Assembly: GCA_025558095.1 (NCBI GenBank)
Contig: JAIVFI010000006.1
Span: 124,001-188,000 of the forward strand
From: Hyaloraphidium curvatum SAG 235-1
Taxonomy: Eukaryota > Fungi > Monoblepharomycota
Direction: 5' to 3'
DNA: 64,000 nucleotides
Shown: positions 11,056 through 24,200 of the stretch, piece after piece
How positions within the stretch are numbered: position 1 is the stretch's first letter
Layout of the letters: each line of letters opens with the position of its first letter
The notes under the pieces: model-generated
The model's input: the letters and a program-made list of their open reading frames with translations, nothing else
Told to the model about the DNA's origin: nothing
Database searches by the model: none
Translations under genes and position numbers: made by a program

Positions 11056-12129
11056 TCAAGTGCCCTCGTCGCCTCCCGCTGCATCCCACACGTGATTGCT
11101 TGGCACTGCGCCCCAGAACACATTCTCGAAGTGTTCCTCCCAACCCATCCTCGCGTAGAGGCCCCTTGCCTTTGCAGCCGCCGAAAGAACGAGGTTGCTG
11201 GCTCCCAATTCACGGGCCAGCGTGATAGCGTGCCCAAGGAGCAGGGTACCCAGGCCCCCCGATCGGGCTTCAGGGGCAACGGTGAGATCCGCAAGTTGAG
11301 CGACGCTGGAGCTTCGCGGGAAGAAAAGGGAGAAGCAAGCTACTGCCTGACCATCGGCAGCTTGCAGTAAGTAGTGTCGCCATCCAAGGTGGGAGCCATT
11401 TTCCCACGGGCAAAGGTGCAAGCTCTTTGTCCAATGTACTGCAAGCTCCGGCGTTGCTCCGTCGTGCGTTCGTCCCCGGCAATAGATATCGCACCATGTC
11501 CCAAACAGGCTAGGGTCGCGGATAATGACAATGCGCATCCCCGCACGCAGTTCCGGGGCAGGCGCGTCGGAGGGCGACAAAGGCCGAAGCATCGCGTGCT
11601 CAGTCACAAGATAAGAGTACCGCGGCGGTGGGCTCGCATCATTGGAAGGTACGAAACCTCCGGAAGCAGCTTGTTCGAGGAACCAGGTCCACGCGTCGAG
11701 GTTCACCACCGCTCCGCTCGCGAGGTCCACAGGAAACATCCACAAGATGGCAATAAGCCCATTCCCCGCAATCTCGTACAGATGTTTGACGAGCAGAGAG
11801 AGAAGCGGGGACGACGGCACCGTCCCCGTGCGCGGTTCCCCATCTTCCCGCAGCGCCGTCAGGAGCGGCAAGAGCCGGCCCCACGCGAATCCCGACATCC
11901 CCGACGAGTACACGTAGACGGGGTCAGAAACTGAATGAAAGCGCCACCAGATTGGCTTTTCGTGAGCTCTCGCGTAGTCGTCATCCTCGGCGCGGACTTC
12001 GGTGACGACCGGCGCTTCCGCTGGGCCCGTCACCTCGAGCACCCGCGCCTGCGAAGCTCGCAGGTGGTGCCAGGGCACCGAGCGCATCTCAGCTACGAGA
12101 TTGTTCGCTATTGAGGCAGCGTCGCTCAT
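11056..12129 (-). CDS. GNAT-family N-acetyltransferase (C-terminal GNAT domain)
   Basis: LTVAPEARSGGLGTLLL acetyl-CoA motif A, and ARGLYARMGW. Confidence 0.8.
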   Translation of the reverse strand: MSDAASIANNLVAEMRSVPWHHLRASQARVLEVTGPAEAPVVTEVRAEDDDYARAHEKPIWWRFHSVSDPVYVYSSGMSGFAWGRLLPLLTALREDGEPRTGTVPSSPLLSLLVKHLYEIAGNGLIAILWMFPVDLASGAVVNLDAWTWFLEQAASGGFVPSNDASPPPRYSYLVTEHAMLRPLSPSDAPAPELRAGMRIVIIRDPSLFGTWCDIYCRGRTHDGATPELAVHWTKSLHLCPWENGSHLGWRHYLLQAADGQAVACFSLFFPRSSSVAQLADLTVAPEARSGGLGTLLLGHAITLARELGASNLVLSAAAKARGLYARMGWEEHFENVFWGAVPSNHVWDAAGGDEGT

Positions 12130-12235
12130 CGCGAAGAAACCGGAAACAGATCAAAGCGGGGTGGCAAGTGGGCACGGATCGTCGTCGGCTGCCCAATCAT
12201 CGATCATTGGAATCTCAAGTCAACACAATGTGGTT

Positions 12236-14862
12236 CTAGGTATCATCCGCATCCGGTGCTGGCGCGCTCTGCCGGAGCCTTGCCTGCTGCGCCGCTTCCT
12301 TGCCCCTCGAAACCCAACGATCGCACCATCCGGCCGCCTCGCGCCAACCCTCCTTCCCGCCTCCGACAGTGGGCACGCAGCGCCTCACCCCGCACCCAGC
12401 GGCGAGTCCGGTGACCAGCATCTCGAGCTCCGTGAAGCTGGAGTGCTCCGAGTAGGGCACGTCCACGATCGTCACGAGCTGGTGCGGCTGGTAGGGCCGG
12501 AGGTGGTGCAGTGAAAAGTTGCGATTGGGGGAGCCTCCCTGCGCCGAGTGCGGCATGCCGCGGCCTTTCGCGGTCCACGTCCATCCCGTCGGTCGGATGC
12601 CGACCACGCGGTCGAAGCGACCGCCCTTCTGCTTGACTTTGGCAAGGATCTCCAGCAGCGAATCCACGCGAACCTGTCCCATGCTGACCACGTGCACGGC
12701 AGCCTTGGTCGGATCGTTGGTGAGAAGAGCGGAAAGCGCCGCATCCTCTTGGCACTCGAGAAGTCCTCTTTTGGAACCGTCGGCAAAGATCAACGTCGAG
12801 AGCGAAGTTGCGAGAGCCTTGTAGAGCCGCTCCTTGCCGATCTGGTAGGAGCCGCACACCACGAGCGTCGTCGAAGGTCTCGGGGCCGCAGGTCGCGCAG
12901 ATGGCAGAAAGCAAGACGCCAGCGTTCCTCTCTCCCGTTCCGGCTCTTCCGGAGCGGCCTTCTTCGCCTTTGGAACGGTTCGAACTGACGTGAACCAGCC
13001 CAACAAGCCACCGATGACGCCCTTGCCGCTGCGGTTAGCGGCACCGCGGCCCTGAATCGTCTCCCGACGGAGGCGGCCCAACTCCTCCCTCACGACCTCC
13101 TTCACGCCTCCGCCATCGGACGCCACTCCGCGCCGGATGAGCTCGCAGACGGTCTCGATAACCCGCTCCTGTGCGGGAAAGCGGTGATCCGGCTTCGCGT
13201 ACGTCGTGTCCAGAAACAGAACGTCCAGGGGGTGCGGGAGCAGCAGGAAGGGATGCGCGAGCATTGCAGGTGTCGCCCGGAAATCGCCGGTGTGCAGGTA
13301 GGAGCGTGTCGTCGGGCCAGGGTGCTGCACGTGGAAAAGGACGAGAACTGAGCCAGGGCAGCTGGGAAGGAAGGTACGTCAAGGGGAGTCGCGAGCTGGG
13401 GAAGAACCGAGACCTACTGGTTCGCGTCGATGGTCTGAACGCGCACCATGCTCCGAGGCCCGTCAGGAACCATGAGCTCGCCTTCGAACGGCAGAGTCAC
13501 CAGCTTTTCCTCGGGCACCTTCAGCTGCTTCATGCAGAGGTTCTTCGTCACCGAGGAACAGTAGATCGGCGCCCTTTTCCCGTTTTTTGTCAGCCCCCCG
13601 AAATGGTCTGCGTGGTAGTGGGTCAGGAAGTAACCTGTTGCCCACTCGACTTCCCCATATCCAAAAGCGTCCACGAGGAAACCCGTACCCGGAACCTTCT
13701 TGTGGAACGGCGGCGGCCTCTTCGGCCCCCCGGCGGAGCCCCACGGCGTCCATCGGCTTTCCGGTAAGGGCTCTGGCACTTCTTCCGCCGCTTCCGCATC
13801 ACCAAGTCCGAAAAACGTCATCAAAGACCGCTGCTGAGGAGGCCCGTTGCTCGGTCTAGCGTCCGCAACAGATTTGTCCTCGATCTTCTCAGCCTCGGGA
13901 GTGGATGACAACGAGATCGCCCCGCCATTGCTGCCACGGCGTCGCTTCAGAGAGGGTCCGGCTTCCGCCTGGCTCCCACGGTCGAGGCAACGGTTGACGT
14001 GCGACTCCGCAACCAAAGGCTTCATCTGCTGCAATGATGCCGAGCACACAGGGCACTGCTGCTCGGCGTCGGCGGGACTCCGGTTTGGTGTACTATCGAG
14101 AGCCTCCAAAACGCGCGGATCCGTTGCAGCAGGAGTCGTCCCGACGATTTGCCGCTCAAGGTCGTCCAAATCCGCGGGATCGAACTCCAAATCATCGAAT
14201 TCGCAATTGTCCACGCCTCCGATCCCAGCCTCGCGGTATGCGTTTTCGTCCACATCTTGGTCAAAGAAGCCTTCGGGCACGAAGTCTTCGTCCGGAGGTG
14301 GCTCCCAAGGCTCCGCAAATAGGTCCTCATCGCCTTCCGGGCATGGCGGCGGTTCAACTGCTTCGTCTGGAAAGGCGTCGTCCAGAGGAAAGTTTTCGAC
14401 TACCGACCCGCGCTGCTCGAAGTCGTCCACCGCGGTTCGGGCACCGAAGCTGACCGGCAGGGGAAGCGACGCCGCCGCGCTCATTGCTGGAGATGCGGAG
14501 AGATCCGGGTCCGATAGCAGGTCCACGACTTCGTCTCGCGTCGGGCGCTCGGCGGAGAAAGTGTCGAACTTAATAGCACTGTCGCCGGGCTGGCCGGCAC
14601 CGCCCTCTCCCCCGTCCGGCGCGTCGTCCGAAGACAGGATCTCGACCGCCGTCCCGTTCCATCGCGTTCGCGGTGCCGATGGTGGCCGTTGCCCCGCGCT
14701 GGCAGAGAAGAAAGGTGGTCGCCTGGCTCTTTCCGCCTGCGGCCTGAGGAAAGCGTCCAGCGTTCCAGAGCCCTTCGAGACGCTCTCGGCCCCTTTTTTC
14801 TGCTGGGCCTTGCCGGCACCGGGCGTCTTTGAGGCAGCCCGCCCTCCCTTCGCGTTGACCAT
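12236..14862 (-). CDS. PSO2: DNA interstrand cross-link repair nuclease Pso2/SNM1A (MBL-beta-CASP)
   Basis: UBZ finger CPVC...HVNRC, PIP box QRSLMTFF, THYHADH, DANH|CPGS (intron 13362-13417), LHTGDFR, LDTTY, IGKER, PTGW, VPYSEHSSF. Confidence 0.92.
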
Positions 14863-14992
14863 CGTGCCCTGTTTCACATTGGGACGGAAGAACCTGTCAC
14901 CATCGCAGGCGTTTACAAGCACTCGTCAATTTCCTTCGGTCCAACAAAAATGCATTGATCCGTGCCTGTGGGACTAGGAGCTCTATAGCAAA

Positions 14993-16494
14993 TCATAGCC
15001 TCGACTTCCCCTTGTCGTCCTCCGCCGTGTCCACGTAGTCGGGATCGACATTCACGACCGCCTTCCCGTACGTCCGCCTCCGCGCGAGATCAACGAGGCC
15101 CTTCGGGATCTCCTCCAGGCCCTTGTACACGCTCGGATAGATGACGGGCCGCGACGACGTCTCCTGGAACACCTTGAAAATCCCAGTCCATTGCCCAGGC
15201 ACGACGGACGGGTCCTGTCGCGCGTTCTCGCCCGCCCGGACGCCGATAACCGAGACCTGCTTCACGAGGATCCGATTCGTCCTGCGAATGACGTTGTGAG
15301 AAAGATTTCCACAGCGGAGTGACGCAACACGCACGGCACTCTTTCCGGGTCGACAGAGGCGTCGCGGGCAACAAAGCCAATGAGCAAGATGCGGGCTCCA
15401 AAGGCGCAGCAACGCAGGCTGTCGTTGACCAAGGCCACCGGGTCGTAGATGAGGTCCGCGCCGATCTTCATCGCCGACCGTCCTTTCTGCTTGGCGATCT
15501 TGTTGACCTCCTCCCACCACTTGTCCTTCGTGTAGTCGATGGCGTAGTCCGCACCCTCTTTCAGGCAAAGCTCCCGCTTGGCGGGAGTGGAAGCCGTCGC
15601 GATGACTGTCGATCCGAAGTACTTGGCGACATGGATTGCCGAGAGTCCCACGCCTTGACAGGATGTCGGTCACAAATCGGCAGCGAAACATGAAAGGAAG
15701 CTAAACTGACCTCCAGCAGCAGCATGAATTAGCACAATGTCGTCTTTGGTTCACCTCAGCAAGAGCAACGAAGGCGACGTGAAGAACAACATCCCCACCC
15801 TTTTTGATGTTTCCTCGGAGCACAAGTCCGGCCCAGGCAGTCGAGTAGTTTGCCATAACGTTGACCGATTGCCTTAGCGTAAGCTGAGGTGGCAGCTTGA
15901 AGATCCGGTACTTTTGCACCTCGTCCACGGCGAAGACCGTCGACCAGCAACCAGCATGGTGCGCGGCTCCTCCAAAGACTGACATCCACAGAATCAGAGC
16001 CTTCTCCAGGAGCCGCCGTAAACAACCAACCGCGGTCTCCGACCCTCCAGACCTCCCCGTCGCCATCACGGCCTCCGTTCTTCTGCAGCTCCGACCCAAG
16101 CTCCTTCACAATTCCTGCCCATTCGCCACCCTGGCGGCAGGTCCGAGGTGAACGAAGGATCATGTACAAGAGCACAGAGGACATACGGGGGTGAACGGAA
16201 CCTTCGGACGATGCTGGTGCTTCCCTGTGGGAGACGGTCAAACTGAGCGTGCAATCGCGTACGTTGGGGAGCGATTGCACCTTGAACGACCAAAAATTCC
16301 GCATAGTTCAGCCCGACGAACTTCACGTCCACCAGAAGGCCCTTGGGGGGGCACACGGGGTCCGGCACCGATTCAATCTTCAGCGGCAGCAGAAGTGCCG
16401 GGTCCGTCGGAGCCCCGATGGGACTCTCATTGGACGACGCTCCAATCAGCGACGGGTGTGCCTTGACGTATTCGCGGACGACTACGGCCCTCAT
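14993..16494 (-). CDS. NADPH:quinone oxidoreductase-like MDR protein, multi-intron
   Basis: MRAVVVREY, VGLNYAE, NYSTAWAGL, IHAAAGG/VGLSAIHVAK, GADYAIDY, RRTYGKAVV. Confidence 0.85.
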
Positions 16495-16634
16495 CGTATC
16501 TTTGGTCGGAGATGGGCGGGTAAACGCTGGGCCGCTCCCACTCGGCGGCCAAACAAGACCTTCGAAGACGATCGCAAGGAGGACAAGAGAAAGCAGTCTA
16601 TACATATCCAACATCATAGTCATTACACAGTGAA

Positions 16635-19600
16635 TCAAAGCTCTCCGTTGATGATGGCCTCCACAGTCTGCCCGATGAACTGCTTCTTCGGGGCCATGTC
16701 CAGTCCGAAGACGACGGTGAGCTCCTCCCGGACCTTTTTCTTGGTGAGAGACTGCAGGTCGTGTGTAGACAGCAGCACCCTGATCTGATAGACGATCTCG
16801 TCGTCCGACGGCATGCCGCCGTCCGTGACCGGGGTCGGCTGGATCGGGGGCGGAGCAACGGTCGGCAGAGCTGCAGCGACAGCCCGCAAGTCCATGGCCT
16901 GCATGGGATCCGGCATCACCATGCCCATGCCCGGCACCACGGCGCCATTGGGCATCATGACCATCTCGGGCAGGGGAGCGAGAGGCTGGCCCTGGCCGCG
17001 CATGATCTCCGAGTAGGTGACGGGGTATCCGCCGACGGGGATGATCGCCGGTGATCCGTAGTTGTTGCTCCCCGAAGCCACCGATCCCGACACGTTGGAG
17101 CCCGCGTAGTTGGATCCGGCGACCGAGAAGCGCGCGTTGGTCTCCGCCACGGAAGCAGGTCGCGTCATGGCAGGCGCTGGGGAGGCGAACGACAGCCTGT
17201 TGCTTCGAGGGTCCTGCAGGACACCGCTCGCAGGCCTGGTGACCGCGTCCTGCTCCGCAGGCGAGAGCATCGCGCTCTTCTGCGTCGGCGTCTGTGCCGG
17301 CACCTGCTTGGTGATGTCCTGCACGTACTTCTCCCAGGTGCACGTGGGGACCACCGCGGGATCGAACGAATCCGTGTCGGCGACGTGGACCTCCTTGCCG
17401 TTGGAGCCAGCCACGCGGCGAGTGTTGCCCCACGAAAAGTCGTCAAAGTGCCAGAAGGAGTAGAGGGGAAGGAAGAGGTTGAAGAAAGGCATGGCAACGA
17501 TCGAGATGAGCATCCAGCCGATGTGCTCGAACTTGCGCTTGATGATGAAGATGATCATCTGCAGACCGTACGCGACCGCCAGCATGATGAGGGACAGCGT
17601 CGGGGCGGTCTGCTGCTGGATCGACGCGTAGATGAGGTAGCAGAGGTAGGCGACTGCAGCCGGCATCGTCAGGGTCGCGAAGAGATCCAAGGCGACGACG
17701 AAGCGCATGGAGAAGCAGAGGAAGCCGCAGAGTTGGCCTACGAGGAGAAGCTCGTACCTGGGAAGTTCGGTGAGAATCGGACGATGTTTGACGGAACGAC
17801 GGACTCACTGGTTGTGAATCGTGCTGTTGATCCAGCGCCGCCGCTGCGAAAGGAGAACCTCGATCTTGTCCGGCACGACGGTCATGCAGTGGGCGTCGGG
17901 GGTGAACTTGTTGCGGAAGTCCGGGAAGTGCTTCAGCATGAGCGTCGTCAGGTAGCGGTCTTCTCCGAGGGAGAGCAGGTTCTTCTTGTGCAGCGTGTCG
18001 ACCTTGCACACCGAGTACTCCTCGAGGAGCTCCGACGCGATAAGCAGCGGCTTAGCCTTCGCCGTCGTCCGAATGCGGTACATGCTGAAGCAACCGGGGA
18101 GGCAGGTGACGTTTCCGAAGAGCGATTCGAAGGCCTTGGCAAGGTGGTGCGAGATGTAGTACTCGTAGACCTGCAGCAAATCGGTCAAGACCCAGCCCAT
18201 TAGCCTCCAAGCCGTTGAAACCCACCTGCATCATCGTGACCAAGGACGACTTCTCGTTCGCGATTCGGGTCTCGCCGCAGATGCCCATGACCTGGGTGTC
18301 GTGCATCATGCACGAGACGAGCCGGTTCAGCGAGTCGCCCATGACCTCGGTGTCGGCGTCGACCATGAGGACGAATTCGTAGGCCCACGGGTCGACGCCG
18401 ATGTTGACCTGGATCTGGCGGTAGATCTCGAGCTCCATGGGGGTCATCGAGGTGCGGTGGTGGACCTTGTTGAGGAACCGCATGAGCACCATCTGCGAGT
18501 CGCGCTTGCCGCGGTTGCCCGGCCGGTTGGTCTCGGTCTCCAGCCCGCACTTGACGACGACCACGAAGGGGATGCTGCGCGCCTGCACCGAGTAGAAGCC
18601 GCTGTAGACCCGGGCCTTGTTGTGCTGCTTGCTGCCCTCGCCGATCGCGACGTAGTCGAGCGCGGGGTGCTCGTCCTCGACGGCGTGCATGTCGACGCCA
18701 AAGATCTGGAGCACGATCTCCGGGGTCGACTTCTCGTTGCCGCTGCCCCGGATCATGCCGTCCGCCACGACGAAGAGAAGTTTCCTGTCGTCGACGTACG
18801 AGAGCAGGGCCAGCGAATCGATGGTCTTGCGGAGCGACTCCTCGCCCTCGGTGTAGCAGGGAACCATGCAGATGGTGTACTTGTCCAGGTCCTCGGGGAT
18901 CCGCTTGGACGAGAGCTGCATCGCGGCGAGGAACCGGACCACCATGATGGACACCAGCACGGCAGCGACGCCGTAGGTGATCCACACCGAGACGGCGCAC
19001 TGGACCTGGTTCCGGCGGTCGACGACGCCCATGAAGTAGGCCTTTTCCAGGCAGGGCATGGCGTTGCGCAGGCTGCTGGCCCAGACCGAGGCGTCGCGGC
19101 CCTTGTAGTTCTCAAAGATCGCCATGGTGGCCGGCCCGAACCAGGCCTCCTCCGCGTTCAGGATCATGGTGATGTCGTAGATGCGGTCGTTGACGATCAT
19201 CCACGCGTCCCTGTCCGTGTTGTGCGTCTGCACCTGCGAGAGCTGGAACGCAAGCGGTCCGATCAGGCGGATGGGGATCTGGCCGTACTTGATCTTGCGG
19301 GCGACGGTCGCCGTGTCGTGGCAGTAGCCGGGGATCCTGGGCTTGATGGCGCAGCGGGCGTTGACCTCGTCCGTGTAGTTCTGCTGCCTCCTGACCAGGG
19401 CCCGCCTCGAGCTCGGGGCTGTGCACTCCTCCGGCGGAGACAGGTCGGCCGGGTTGTAGCGCGGGAAGTACTTGGAGACATCCTGGCCCTTGTACTGGAA
19501 GTACGTGTTCTGCAGGTCCAGGTCGTTGTCGTTGCCGGTGGTGTGGTAGAACTCGGACATGTCGTAGACGTAGCCGTTCCACGACATCCACAGGTCGTGC

Positions 19601-22600
19601 GCGTCGAAGTTGTCGTGCGCCTTGACTTCTTCGGTGCTGTACACGTTGGATTTCGGGCACAGCAGGGCACCGAGGCCCACGACAAAGAAGAGGAGGAGCG
19701 CGCAGAGCCAGAGGACGATAATGTTGAGCGAGACCTGGAGGCGGTGATAGGTCAAGCTTCGGCCGAGACAATGCGAGCGACGGATCTCACCTTCTCGCGC
19801 CACGCCTGCCTCACGTCCTCCCGCTTCATCTTGCCCCAGTGGATCAGGGTCCATTCCGGGATCCAGAAGGTGTTGAAGGTCGTCAGCCCCATCCAGCACC
19901 TCCTGCTGAAGCTGTACTTGGGCTTGGCCACCTGCTCGGCTTTGATGACCTTCTTGCCGCCCGCGGGCGACTCGGCTTTCTGCTCCGCCTCGGCGGTGCC
20001 GGCCACGGCCTCCTCGTCCAGCGAGTTGATGTCGATGTTGATCAGGCTCGCCCGGCTGAGTGCCTTGCCGATCTGCGCCTTGGGCGAGGTGGCCTCGGCG
20101 CCGGGCGACAGGTCCGCGATCAGCCCCGTCTTGGCCACCTCGGCCTCCCAGGCCGCGTACTCCTCTTTCTCCTCGGGCGACAGCGGAGCCCGGTGGATGC
20201 GGCGGTGCTCCATGGGGAGCGTCGAATCCAGCTGGCCCTCGAGCGATCGCCACAGCGCCTCCGAGATGAGGACCTTTTCGTTGCCGACGGCGATCTGGTC
20301 GGGCGTCCAGCCGACCTTGTCCACCACCTCCTTGGTGAGGCGCTTCATCTCGACCGCCGTCGCGACGATCTCCTTCTCCACGTCGGCCTCGGGCATCAGG
20401 ATGCCCTTGTAGCGGTTGAGGAAGTAGGAGAAGGTGCACGAGACGGCAAAGTCCTGCAAAGCGTACAGCATTCAGCACCGACTCGCAAGGAAGCAGAACT
20501 GCAGGGGAAACGAACCTTGCTCAGGGCCTTGGCGAGCTTGGTCAACTCAAAGGCCTGGATCTGCTGCCTGACCCTGTCGTCCTTGAACACGCCGGCCTCG
20601 GACGTCGAGTTGGGGTTGATGCAGAACACGAACCAGCATCGGACCTCGCGGAAGGTCCCCACGAGCTCGTCCAGGCTGTCCCGGAAGTGCGAGAACACCG
20701 ACGAGTTGCTGAGCTCGTCCGCCCCGGGGGTCAGCGGCGTGTGCAGGCTGCCGTAGCTGGTCGCAGCCAGGCCTCCGGGGTTGGACCCCTTGGTGAGCGA
20801 TTCGGCCGACACGCGCAGCGAGCCGGGGGCGCGGACCGAGAGCGGCGTCCGGGGCGGCGCGGCCTCGAAGACGAGCCCCTTGCGGCCGGCCTGCCGGACC
20901 GTCGGCCTGTGCGTGCTGAGCAGCCGGCGGGCGCCGACGAGCGCCTTGGCGTTCTTGGGGTGCCTCTGCGTCTCGAGCTTGGTCTCGCTGAAGAGCGCCG
21001 AGAGGAAGCTCTTGATCTTGGACCCGCCCGGCGCGCGGAAGAGCTTGAGGTAGTCCGCCGACACGGCCACTCGGTCCCGCTGGAGCAGGCCCCCGGCGTC
21101 GTACATGACGGGCTGGGCGTAGTGCTTGATGGAGAACTTGCCCTTGGCCTGCCCGCTGAGCCCGAGGTAGGGGCTCTTGCCGAGGCCCTTGGCAAAGAGG
21201 CCGACCAGCTCGGGGCCCGAGACGGGCTTGGTGGCCTTCTGGCACTGCTCGTCCAGCACGGCGATGATGCCGTTGGGCCGGGCGTCGAAGACGTCGAGGC
21301 AGGTCGGCGACGCGCTCGGGCCGTCGGGCACGGGCAGGCCCTCGGCGGCGAGCACCTTGTGCTGCGCATCCAGCAGGTCCTCCTGAGCAAAGCGCTGCAG
21401 CTTCTCGGCGGCGTAGTTGTTGATGAGCTGCTGGAGAACGTTCTTGGTCGAGTTTTCGAACCCGGCAAAGTCCACGATCCCGACAAAGTTGGAGCCCGAG
21501 TTGTTGGCCAGGCGGGTGTTGATGTGCTCGACCAAATACGTGAAGAGCAGCGAGTAGATGGTCGTCACGAGGCCGTCCCTGGCGTCGCGCGCCTGCTCGG
21601 GATCCAGGAAGTCGGTGCACATGCTGTCGCCGACGAGCGCGGACCGGTTGGTCAGGGCGCTCTCCAGGTCGTCCACGCCGACCTCCATGAGCTCGGCGGC
21701 CAGTTCGAGCGCCTCCCTGTTCTTGACGTAGGCCTGGTCGCCGGGGCGGTACGTCTCCCTCGCGAACTCGACGTTGCCCAGGTGCAGGATGGCCGAGAGC
21801 GTCTGCAAGATGGAGGTCTGCACCTTCTTGGTCAGGCCGAGCGTCTTCATGACCAGCCGCAGGTTGGCTAGGCCCTCAGTGTCCGCAGCATGGTCCGCGC
21901 GGCTCGAGGACGAGCCGGCCCCGCCGAGGTACGCGAACCGGTCGCCGAGCCGGAACTTGCTCTTTTCCTCGTGCGTGGCGCCCGCGAGCAGGTAGTCGAA
22001 GACGTGGAAGGGCTTCTCTCCGGCGGGGAGCTGGGGGATGCGCCAGCTCTCGAGCGAGAAGGTGACGAGCTTGGCGCCGGCGATGGTGCCGTCGACGTCG
22101 TACTGCACCTCGACGTAGCGGTTGAAGCGCGAGGCATTCCTGTTTGCCAGGGTGCCGGCGTTGCCGAACGCTTCGAGGACGAACTGCGAGTTGTAGATTT
22201 CGGTGGGGAGGTGCGACTTGTCCTCGGCGGCGCGGGTGCTGTCAAGGCACCGGTCAGTGAAAGGAGCTGGCCCACGACCGCGCAAACCCACTTGAGGTAG
22301 ATCAACTGCTGCAAGAACAGCTTGCTCGCCTCGGTCTTGCCGGACCCGCTCTCTCCGCTAGTTGCGTGGCGGCGTTAGATCCAGCCCGGCCCTCCGGCCA
22401 AGATACCACCGCACCTGAACACCACCACCTGGTCCTCCCCGCTCGAAATCATGTGCATGTACGCGCTGCTCGCCATTTCAAACACGTGCGGCGGCACCTG
22501 CACCCCCGTGTCGACCTTCAGCGTGCCCGTCTTTGACGGCACCGCCGGTTTCCCGGCGGAAGCCGCGGCGGTGAGGCAGTCCAGGTCGAACGCCGAGTTG

Positions 22601-22894
22601 TGCGCCGCATTCGAGGCCACCTGCTTGTGCGGGTTGACCGAGACCAGGACGCGGGGCCCGATGCGGGTGTAGACGGCGTCCTTGGCGTGCCGCTCCTTCA
22701 GGTTGGCGCAGACCGAGTCGTCCGTGGCCGCGTCCGGGTTGGCCGCCATGTCGGGCCGACCGGTGCGGAGCGAGGCCTGCGCATCGTCGGACGGCGGCGC
22801 CGGCTCCTTCTTTTTCCTGCGGAACGAGGGGGCCTGCGGGAGCGGGGGATGAGAGGTCCGCCCTCGACGGGCCAGCCGCAGCGGCGCCCACCAT
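16635..22894 (-). CDS. Myosin-motor-domain chitin synthase (class V-type) with cytochrome-b5-like and DEK-C domains
   Basis: P-loop [26 protein letters not shown]. Chitin synthase motifs [50 protein letters not shown]-terminal DEK-like [10 protein letters not shown]. About 7 introns. Confidence 0.95.
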
Positions 22895-23203
22895 CGTGCC
22901 CCGCCGTCCTCAACTCAGCTACCCGCGATGCCCGTCGCCGGCCGTGCGGAAAGTGCGTGGAAGTGCGCGCGCGGGCCGAGCACTGTTTGTTGGCCCGAGC
23001 GGCGCGGCGCTGTTTGCGCGCGGGCCGCGGGGGTCCGCCGCCGCCGGGGCCGGGCGGCGCGGCGAATCGCGGCGCAAAGGGGGCCGCGCGGTGGTGCGGC
23101 GGTGATTGGGCGCCGCGGCGGGGGGGTGCGCGGGGATGCTTCGGAGTGCGTGGGCGGCAGAGCGGCACGCGGAGGCGGTGCACAAACAACGGAACCGCGT
23201 GCC

Positions 23204-23757
23204 ATGGTCCTCGCCAGGTGGGCCGTCCGTCACCTCGATCCCCGAATGTAAAGTTAACAATGGCTTACCATCGCCGATTCCGGGCTCTCTTGCCTCCGAT
23301 GGCCTCCGGCGGACCGCGTTCCCGCTTCCCCTCCTCGCGGCATTCCCCGTGCTCCCCGCCCCATCAGCGTCGCGTTCGAGGTCTTTGGACGCGTCCAGGG
23401 CGTCTTTTTCCGGAAGTATGCCGTCGCCGAGGCGCACCGGGTCGGTGCCGTCGTGCAAGCGGGGCGGCATGGGGAGTGCTGACGTACCCTCGCCGGCAGC
23501 TCAAGCTCTTCGGCTGGATCAGGAACACCGAGTCCGACACCGTTCAGGGGGTCGCTCAGGGCAAGAAAGAAGCAGTGGATGAGTTGTGAGGCCCTCTCCG
23601 TGCTGCTCATGAGCCGTGGACTGACGGGAATATGTTGGACAGCAAGACCTGGCTCTCGACGAAAGGATCACCCCGGTCGCAGATCGAACGGGCCGAGTTT
23701 TCGGACGAGAGGGAGCTGAGCAAGCTGGAATACTCGTCTTTCCAGGTCCGGCGGTGA
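23204..23757 (+). CDS. Acylphosphatase (3 exons; not represented in the ORF track)
   Basis: Spliced product MVLAS|[24 protein letters not shown]|[21 protein letters not shown]...E|[20 protein letters not shown]...FQVRR*, with the signatures GRVQGVFFR and GWIRN. First intron 23218-23367. Confidence 0.92.
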
Positions 23758-24045
23758 TCTTGGACGTGCGGCATTCGGTCTCTGGGCACCGGGCGCTCCA
23801 GCTCGGGCTCAAGATCCTGTTCGGATTGCCGGCAATCACCACATCGCCACCATGGCAGCCTGCTGCCCCCAAGAAACACGCGGCGATCCGGCACGCCCGA
23901 GAAACACCGAGTTACCGGCAACCATCGCCCGTTTCCGGCGCAGGCGACCTCCCGACCCGCTCCGACCCCGGCAACCTCCTCCCGGCCCTCGGCACCGTCC
24001 AAACCCAAGCAAGAAGCCTTCCTCCCTCTGCCTGCCGGCGAACCC

Positions 24046-24200
24046 TAATCCCCGATCTTCATCCCACACTTGGTGCACTGCTTGATGCTCCGACCCGGCG
24101 GGCAGCAGCAGAAGTCTGTCGGGCAACCATGTTAGCACCTCCTCCACACCGGAAACACCGAGAAAGACACTTTCTGAACGGACAGCAGAAGACACTTTGG
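24046..24200 (-). pseudogene. Dead partial duplicate of the 3' end of the BRI3-like gene at 28633-29260
   Basis: Encodes FCCPF...FCCCPPGRSIKQCTKCGMKIG. The donor position reads GAAAGT instead of GT, there is a 1-nt loss before the stop, and no 5' part was recognised. Confidence 0.75.

Noticed and set aside
9194-11095. 633-aa plus-strand ORF
   Set aside because: Antisense shadow of the MFS transporter.
18301-20412. 703-aa plus-strand ORF
   Set aside because: Antisense shadow of chitin synthase caused by high GC3.
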